Source of the DNA: Octopus vulgaris
Taxonomy: Eukaryota
Length of the DNA stretch: 64,000 nt
Assembly: GCA_951406725.2 (NCBI GenBank)
Contig: OX597827.1
Location: 26,164,001-26,228,000, forward strand
Direction of reading: 5' to 3'
The notes beneath the pieces were generated by a model, which was not told the DNA's origin, searched no databases, and was given only the letters and a program-made list of their open reading frames with translations. Position 1 is the first letter of the stretch. Every line of letters starts with the position of its first letter. The position numbers and the translations under genes are program-made. This document shows positions 55,890 to 64,000 of this stretch, one piece after another.

Positions 55890-58120
55890 GTTTGACTTTT
55901 GCTTTATATTTGTACAAGTTGGCTCCAAGTCTCACCCGGAGACCTCAAGAGACAACAGGTTGGAAGTTCACGTTGTTGTTATGCCTAGTGTGCCATATAT
56001 TTGGTTGTTTTTTGTGTTGTACTAGTGGATTTCTAAAATAAATAAATAAATAAATAAATGAATATATATATATAATAAAAAAAAATGTTTGTTTTAAACC
56101 TTGAGATTACATAGAAAGTATTTTGGTAGGATATGAGCAGTTCCCATGAGCACTATCTTTTGAATTTCTGCCATTTTGGGGTTTCGTAGTGTCTGATTTA
56201 AGTAGCGATCGCCCCTTTTGCTATCATTCCCAGGGCACCTATGACAACAGGTATTGTTTTAGTCTTCAGGTTCCACATTTTGCTGATATCTATTTCAAGA
56301 TCTTTATATTTGCTCAGTTTTTGGTAGGTCTTGACAGATACGTTTATATCGATTGGGACAGTCATATCAATGAGGAGGCATGTTCTTTGTTTGAAGTCTT
56401 TCAATATGATGTCTGGCCTATTCGCATCTATCTTTCTGTCAGTTTGAATGGTGAAGTTCAAGAGAAGTGAGCTGTGTTCATTTTCAAGCACTGGAGGTGG
56501 ATTGTGTTCCCACCAGTTTTTTTCATGGGGCAAATCCAGGTTTTTGCAGATTACCCAGTGAATATATTGTGCAGCTCTATCATGCCTGTTGAGATAATCT
56601 GTAGGCGCTAGAAGACTGTACTTGGAGACCACATAATCAATGGTTTCATTTTGTCGCTAGCATACACGACACGTTGGATTACTGCCGATTTTTAATATGT
56701 TGGCCTGGTAGTTTCTTGTTGTTAGGCATTGATCTTGAGCTGCTATGATAAACCACTCTGTTTCAGATTTTAAGCCAGAGGTCATTAGCCATTGATGGGT
56801 CAGGGCTCTGTCAACATCTGCATTATTCGCTCTCTTTGGGTATTTGCCATAGAGAGGTTTTTCTTGCCATTTATCTTTCAGAATATCTAAGGCCGCAGAT
56901 TTAGCAGGGGTTTTCATGCGCTTATCTTTTTCTGTGCTTGTTTCTTGTATGTCTAATTCCGAAATTTGTTGTATTCGGAATTCACTTAGATATTCCGTTG
57001 CCTGTTTTGTTACTGAGTATGATGCTTTCTTGTTTTCATCTTTTGAGACGAATTTTAACATCCAATTCTCAGAGTTTTTCAGGTAGGTGTCTAGGCCAAT
57101 TGTAGCAATCTTCATTGTCCACGGCCTCCCTCTTTTCTTTGCAGATAAAGTCGTTCTATATCTGCCTTAGGGTGGTGCATTCTATGCATTGTCAAGAGTT
57201 TTCGTATTTTTCTGTCAAGATTACATATTTCAGTAATACACCAGTTAACGATATTGAAACGTAAGTCACGGCTGGTATGGCTAATGCATTGATCGCTTCG
57301 ATCCTGTTTCTCCCATTCAGCTCTGTCTTGAGTATTGCTCTTACTCTGCGATAACATTCTCTCCTGACCCTTTCCTTCATCTCTGAAAGCCTTATTCCGT
57401 CTCCTTCAATTACCCCTAGATACTTGTAGTTCTCCGCTGGGTCTAATTCTTTTATGACATTCTGCTGGTCAAGGTTAACGTTAGTGGTTTCTGTCCTTTT
57501 TCCTTTGATAAAGGTAGCTTTTGCACACTTATCGAGGCCAAATTGCATTCTGATGTCATCACTGAATTGTTTGACAATCGCTAGTAAGCCCTTGAATTGT
57601 TGGTCATTTTTTGCAAAGAGCTTTAAATCATCCATGCAAATGAAATGATTTATATATCTATCGAACATTTTATATCCGTACTGTGCGTCATTGAGCAGTT
57701 TTGAGAGAGGTATTAAGGCTAAACAGAAGAGGAGTGGTGATAGTGAGTCACTCTGGAAAGTGCCACATGAAATTTTTACATCACCAGCATTTAGAGATTC
57801 ATTGTCACTGTTCAAAGTTAGTGTGGTTTTCCATGATCTCAAACTTACTGACAAAAGGTTTCGCAGAGTAGGTGCTATTTTATACATTTCTAGGCATTTC
57901 TTAATCCAGCTATGTGGTAGGCTATCAAAAGCCTTTTTATAGACTATCCAGGTAATTGATAAGTTTTTGTGTCGTTTGCGACAATCTTCTAAGCTCATCT
58001 TATTGATGAGTACTTGATCATTACAACCGTACGATCCACGTTTACATCCTTTCTGTTCATTACGGAATATGCTGCTGTCTGTCAAAAAACTATAGGTATA
58101 TTCCGTCAGGACTGATGTTA
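55887..58120 (-). mobile_element. Dong/R4-clade non-LTR retrotransposon, family A copy 3
   Basis: ORF 57192..58085 is RT (KAFDSLPH, QSDSLSPLLFCLAL, CMDDLKLF). ORFs 56657..57115 and 56198..56632 carry RHD and RPDII. Same 3' UTR. Flanked by (TAA)n and mixed (TAA/CAA)n. Confidence 0.93.
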
Positions 58121-58256
58121 TTGTTATTTTATTATTATTATTATTGTTGTTGTTGTTGTTGTTATTATTGTTGTTATTATTGTTGTTATTATTATTATTA
58201 TTGTTGTTGTTGTTGTTGTTGTTATTGTTGTTGTTGTTGTTGTTATTATTATTATT

Positions 58257-58448
58257 CAGGTCACTCCCTGGAATCGAAATATAATAATAATAGTAATAAT
58301 AACAACATTGAAAAATACTTTAAGAATGAGAACCCAGGTTCGAAATTTCCCCAAGACACCTGAAGAAGGCTGAATGGTATATCAGCCGAAACGTTGTGTT
58401 AACAACAAACAAGGTGAGGACAAATATCCGTCAGTTGTAAATAATGTT
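58257..58448 (+). mobile_element. Hammerhead SINE copy 3: tail on +, preceded by an inverted piece of the head
   Basis: TCAGGTCACTCCCTGGAATCGAA (head end, minus orientation), then AAT repeats and the shared tail. Confidence 0.7.
58355..58400 (+). ncRNA. Minimal type-I hammerhead ribozyme motif (intact core)
   Basis: GACAC-CUGAAGA-A-GGCUGA(8 nt)UCAGCC-GAAAC-GUU-GUGUU. Stem I is 5 bp, stem II is 6 bp, stem III is the palindrome ACGU. Confidence 0.72.
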
Positions 58449-58650
58449 AGAGTATGGCTGTAAGCTTGAAGAGGCGAAGTGGCACGAGCAGTGGCGAAAT
58501 ATCTTCATGTAATATAACGCGGACATTTAAAGTGATAGGGTTTCTTTAAAGATGTGGGCATCATTTATCAACACGATCTTTTGGATTTCTCTGAGACATG
58601 ATTCCCCTGGGATTTTGTCTAGATGCTTCTGACATCCCATTTATATATCA

Positions 58651-58720
<70 letters not shown>

Positions 58721-58756
58721 AATATTATTATTATTATTATCATCATTATTATTATT

Positions 58757-59294
58757 GAGTGAGAGAGCAGTGCATGACATCAAAATCGCACTGTAGTAAA
58801 ATATACGAAGCCCAATATACACATCATGACTACCCGTCTGATAAGGGTACTCCAGGCACATGCATCACAAATATATGTGCACAACATGGTGATCTCATAT
58901 CAAGATAAACAGCGCATGACCTTCCAGTTGGGGCCCAGGTAGAATTTTCTTCAGTGCGAGTAGCCCATCCTGCTCAAAATGTCCCCAAATAAGGCTTGCT
59001 TAAGGATGTTGAACAAAATACCCATGCTTCAAAACGTGAATTAGCGAAACCCCGAACAATTCTTCTCAACACGTGGCGATGATGCTCCTCCAATAATTCT
59101 GCTCGTGATCAGAGATGCACATATCGTCAGACACTAAGGGACATGCTTAACTGGTTAAGGGCAAACAACTGACAAAAGTGTTATTGAGCAGAATATTTGC
59201 TGTAACCCATCTTTTATACCAAGATAAAACAATGTACATGATAACACTTCCAATCAGAAGCCATGAGAGCCACTGCCTGATACAGCATCAGGGC

Positions 59295-59296
<2 letters not shown>
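58757..59296. mobile_element. ~540-bp non-coding insert bounded by (TAA)n on both sides
   Basis: Sharp boundaries against (TAT)n at 58650-58756 and 59297-59510. No recognisable ORF. Confidence 0.5.
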
Positions 59297-59339
<43 letters not shown>

Positions 59340-59379
59340 CATTATTTTTATCTTCTTCTTCTTCTTCTTCTTCTTATTC

Positions 59380-59438
<59 letters not shown>

Positions 59439-59466
59439 ATTATTATTATTATTGTTATTGTTATTA

Positions 59467-59511
<45 letters not shown>

Positions 59512-59512
<1 letters not shown>

Positions 59513-59700
59513 GCCTTTGCACAGCTTCTAACGCTGGAGATGTACTACAATCTCACCTGTTCAATACCAGTGAACTAAGGTAACACCTCTTATTTTTGTA
59601 GCACCTTCCGGAGTATTCGAGCAGTTCCAAGCAGAGCTCCACCCCTATTGGTTCCACGTACTTCTCGAGATTTTTGCTCACTGTTTCCGGGGCTCCGAGA
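59512..59700 (-). mobile_element. Short 3' end of a third Dong/R4-like LINE family (family C)
   Basis: Encodes the C-terminal remnant PETVSKNLEKYVEPIGVELCLE, then a 3' UTR ending on (TAA)n. Homologous to 632..740. Confidence 0.65.
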
Positions 59701-59815
59701 ATTCGAATGAATGTATTAAATACCACATAAAGAAGGTTACGAAACGGCCGTAATCCTATACAAATCACACGGCCAAATAAATCTATATCCAACTCCCCTG
59801 TCGCCTGACTTTGTG

Positions 59816-59901
<86 letters not shown>

Positions 59902-60707
59902 GGATGGATGGATGGATGGATGGATGGATGGATGGATGGATAGGTGCAAGTACAGGAAGAGGCAGAGACAGAAAGAGATTCCTGTATACGCATTTAGGTT
60001 GCTATTTCGATACGTTGTAAATAAATGCGCGGTACATTTGTCAACGCGAATTTAGATATAAACTATTTATCAACATTTGAAAGTGTTTTAATGGCTGTTT
60101 TTAGACAAGCGAAGAAGACCAAAACTAAATAAAATTAAAACAAAACAAATAAACAAATTAAAGATAAGAAATCAAAATAATATATATAAAAAAAGGAAGC
60201 TCTATATTTTGTATATTTACATATATATTGTTCTTTTTTGTTTTTAATGTTTAGAATGAGGTAAATATTGCGTTATTTTGTTGTTTTATGAAATAGTAAG
60301 AGCCTTGAAAAAATGCTAAAATGTCTCTATGTAGTAAATTATTAGCGGTCATAGCGCGTGCGCGCACGCACACACACACTCACACATATATAGACACACA
60401 CAGGCACTCACACGCGTGAATATTCACACATATATAAATGTGTGTGTGTGTGTGTGCAATTATTTAGTCATTTATCCATGTATGTCTATTTGTATATATG
60501 CATATAAAATATGTACATTTGTATTTGTATGTGTGTTTTTAAGGATGTATGTATCTATGCATGCATGTATATATACGTATGTCTGTGAGTGTGTGTATAC
60601 AGAGATAGAAAGCACTTATACATACATTTGTATCTATCTATGTATTTATCGATCAATCTATCTATATATCTTCATATATAAATACACACAGATATATGCA
60701 CATATGC

Positions 60708-60746
<39 letters not shown>

Positions 60747-60960
60747 GATATATATATATAGATATATATATACCGGAGTAAACACATAAATGTGAAACAA
60801 GGTGGAAAAAAGAGTACTCAAATACCAGTGGTAGAGTAATATGCTTTATTTTAAGCATGTATATATGCATATATACGCACATATATATATATTTGTATCT
60901 ATCTATCTGTCTATCTATCAACCAATCTATCTATATGTATATCTTTATATATATATATAA

Positions 60961-61018
<58 letters not shown>

Positions 61019-61660
61019 GATAGATATAGATACACACACACACACACACAACACACACTTACATATATCGACACTTTCTTCGTATTCTTGTGAAAGTATA
61101 TCTCAATAACCAAAGGACGAGTATGAATATTGCTGGTTGGCCATCTTAAATAAACTGCGCAGGCAATAGACAATCGAAGATAACAGTTTAAATGTTTTGC
61201 ACATGTGGAAAATGTCTGTTTCGAGGTTTACTGACAATAAATTCAGAATTACAACACCGATTACTGACATTTTTATTGTTCTTTTCTCTTTTTTTCTCTC
61301 CTCTATAAATTTGCCGCTATGTCGCTTTCATTTTTTTTTTTGTATTTTATTTACTCGTCTTGCTGTTACAATTTACTTTAGGGGAGTTGTAGGTCTAAAA
61401 GCATATTATGTTGAGTAAGAAGTAGATTTTTCAAACTAAATGTACACATAATTTGTGAAACGTAAAATACTTGGCATTTACTTAGTTTTAAAATTAAATT
61501 TCAACGTATAAAATATAAAATCAAGTTTCGTTTTGAACAGGAGTTGAAATATTTGTCTCCGTCACAGTAGCAACTCTAAGTTTGTATAACTGAAAGAAAT
61601 TCCTGTACGTGGGTTGTATTTTGTCTTTACTGTAGGGCTGATATTGTTAATGTTAAATGC

Positions 61661-62658
61661 GACGAGCAAAATGCTTAGCGGTATTTCGTCTGCTGCTACG
61701 TTCAAATTCCGCCAAGGTCGACTTTGCCTTTCATCCTTTCGGAGTAGATTAAAGAAGTACCAGTTACGCACTATGTTCGATATAATCGACTTAATTCGTC
61801 TGTCTGTCCTTGTTTGTCTCCTCTGTGTTTAGCCCCTTGTGGGTAGTAAAGAAATAAGTATTTCGTCCGCCGCTGCGTTCTGAGTTCGAATTCCGCCGAG
61901 GTCGACTTTGCCTTCCATCCTTTCGGGGTCGACGAATTACGTACCAGTTATGCATTGGGGTCGATATATTCGACCTGATCCGTTTGTCTGTCCTTATTTG
62001 CCCCCTCAGTGTATAGCCCCTTGTAGGCAGTAAGGATATAAGAAACGTTAGTACACCGGACAAAATGCTTTGCAATATTTCGTCTGTCTTTACGTTCTGC
62101 GTTCAAATTCCGCCGAGGTCAACTTTGCCTTTCGGGGTCGATAGATTAAGTACTAGTTGCGTACTGGGGCTGATCCAATCGACTGACCCTCCCCCAAAAT
62201 GTCGGGCCATGTGATTAGACTAGAAAAGAATACATGAGAGTGTGAAGGTGGCGAGCTGGCAGAAACGTTAGCGCGCCGGGCGAAATGCTTAGCAGTATCT
62301 CATCTGCCGTTACGTTCTGAGTTCAAATTCCGCCGAGGTCGACTTTGCCGTTCGGGGTCGATAAATTGAGTACCAGTACGCACTGGGGTCGATGTAATCG
62401 ACTCAATCCCTTTGCCTGTCCTTGTTTGCCCTCTCTATGTTTAGTCTCTTGTGGGCAATATAGAAATAAGAAACTTTAGCACGGTGGGCGAAAAGCTTAG
62501 CGGTGTTTTGTCTGTCTTTACGTTCTGAGTTCAAATTACGCCGAGATCGACTTTGCCTTTCGAGATCGATAAATTAAGTACCAGTTGCGTACTGGGTCGA
62601 TCTAATCAACTGGCTCTCTCCCCAAAATTCGCGCCTTGTGCCTAGAGTAGAAAAGAAT
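61661..62658 (+). mobile_element. Head-to-tail multimer of SINE family N (5 core units)
   Basis: Five successive GAGTTCAAATTCCGCCGAGGTCGACTTTGCC-like cores with two alternative tails. Confidence 0.88.
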
Positions 62659-63008
62659 ATTGTTGATGTTGACATTGGTGTTGCTGCTGCTGTTGTCTTA
62701 GTTAATGTTACTGTTGTTATTTAGTCTATAGTTAACTCTGAGTGATTCCAACTATGCCCACCTCGCATATTTCTTTTTTATTGCATAGCTTTGTCTTAAT
62801 TCTCCAAAGTTGCTTTCCTTTCACAAAACGATTTATGATTGCAATGTAAGGGAGAATTGGGTGTTGTTTCTAAGAGACATTACATAAAGTATCCCTAGAT
62901 GGATTGTGCCTGAAAAGGAAACAATAAATATATGTCTGAAGCGTCCTTACACCACATAATTCTGCCGAATCATGACCACCCTGGTGACTAACCAGGAGCA
63001 ACAGCAAT

Positions 63009-63040
<32 letters not shown>

Positions 63041-64000
63041 CAACGACGACGACAGCATTACAGCAATAGCAACACCAACACCAACAATAATAACAGCAAC
63101 AACAACAATAGCAACAGCAACAACCTAAGAAGAGCTATAAGTAAACTTTATAACTTGGTTTCTGACTCGATCATGTTGCAAAATGGTGAACTTCATGATG
63201 GAAATATTCTTGCAAGGTGCCAGGAAGAATCTTTATAAAAATTAAATCTTTTCTAAAGGTCACATGTACAAAATCCCCTCAAACGTGAGAAAAGTCATGC
63301 AGAGCTAGAAATAAACCAACTTGTTTTATTTTATTTTTTTTGTTTTTTTTTGTTGAATTCTTAAGTTTATCAAAGAGAACACGGTTGAGGTCACGCTGGA
63401 GCACTATTTCAACTAACAAAGAAATCTTGTTTTGATGAATTGAAAAAAAAAAAACAATCGTATTTCAGTTGTAGTAAAAATAAAACAGCAGCCTATAGCT
63501 AAGTCACTCCGTTCGTTTATTCGCGTTAGAATAATTAATATCTAGATGAGATGTATAATTAATGCAATTTGTATATCGTAGGACACGCTTCGTCACGTGA
63601 TATCAACGGCCCACTACCTAAGTATTAAAGATTAATAGGATTTGAAGCCAATGAAGAAGCTCGTAGAAATCATCCAACCTTGAGGAAATAGCAGCCAAAC
63701 TTCCCTTAAATAAGACATTAATAATAAACAGTAATACAAAATATACAAGGGTACGCTAGAAGAAAACATATATTCCTTAATATAAAAAAAGATCGAAGGG
63801 ACAGAGTTGTAATATCAATACGCATATATCGCTTCAATCAAAATGGACATAAGATCAAACAAGATGGAAAAGAAAAATATGTATATAGCCGTGGCTATGT
63901 GGTAAGAAGCTCGCTTCCTAACTACATGGTTCTGGGTTCAATCACACTGCGCGGCACCTTGGACAAGTGTCTTCAACTATAGCCTCGGGCCACCCAAAGC

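Noticed and set aside
61661-62658. CRISPR-like repeat array
   Set aside because: Units are ~150-200-bp SINE bodies without unique spacers. Eukaryotic context, no cas genes.

Overview
AT-rich eukaryotic, non-genic-looking DNA. It is probably cephalopod (octopus-like), inferred only from the SINE and microsatellite content. I found no host protein-coding gene I can support, and most listed ORFs are translated microsatellites ((TA)n, (CA)n, (TAA)n, (TATG)n, (GA)n). The window is a nested mosaic of mobile DNA. (1) Several degenerate copies of at least three families of Dong/R4-clade non-LTR retrotransposons (RT + CCHC + PD-(D/E)xK restriction-like endonuclease), mostly embedded in (TAA)n. (2) Three abundant tRNA-derived SINE families. 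(3) Tc1/mariner remnants and MITEs, plus a non-autonomous Helitron. (4) The most notable layer, invisible in the ORF track: about nine type-I hammerhead ribozyme (HHR) motifs, intact or decayed, carried by several unrelated small non-coding elements. These include a tRNA-headed SINE with an internal (AAT)n tract and a 3' hammerhead, whose tract is repeatedly occupied by Dong LINEs. They also include short fold-back elements embedded in (TA)n, one with a textbook hammerhead (28994-29081, minus strand) and one whose hammerhead is split in two by the Helitron. All coordinates and pairings were read by eye. Ribozyme activity and novelty are unverified.
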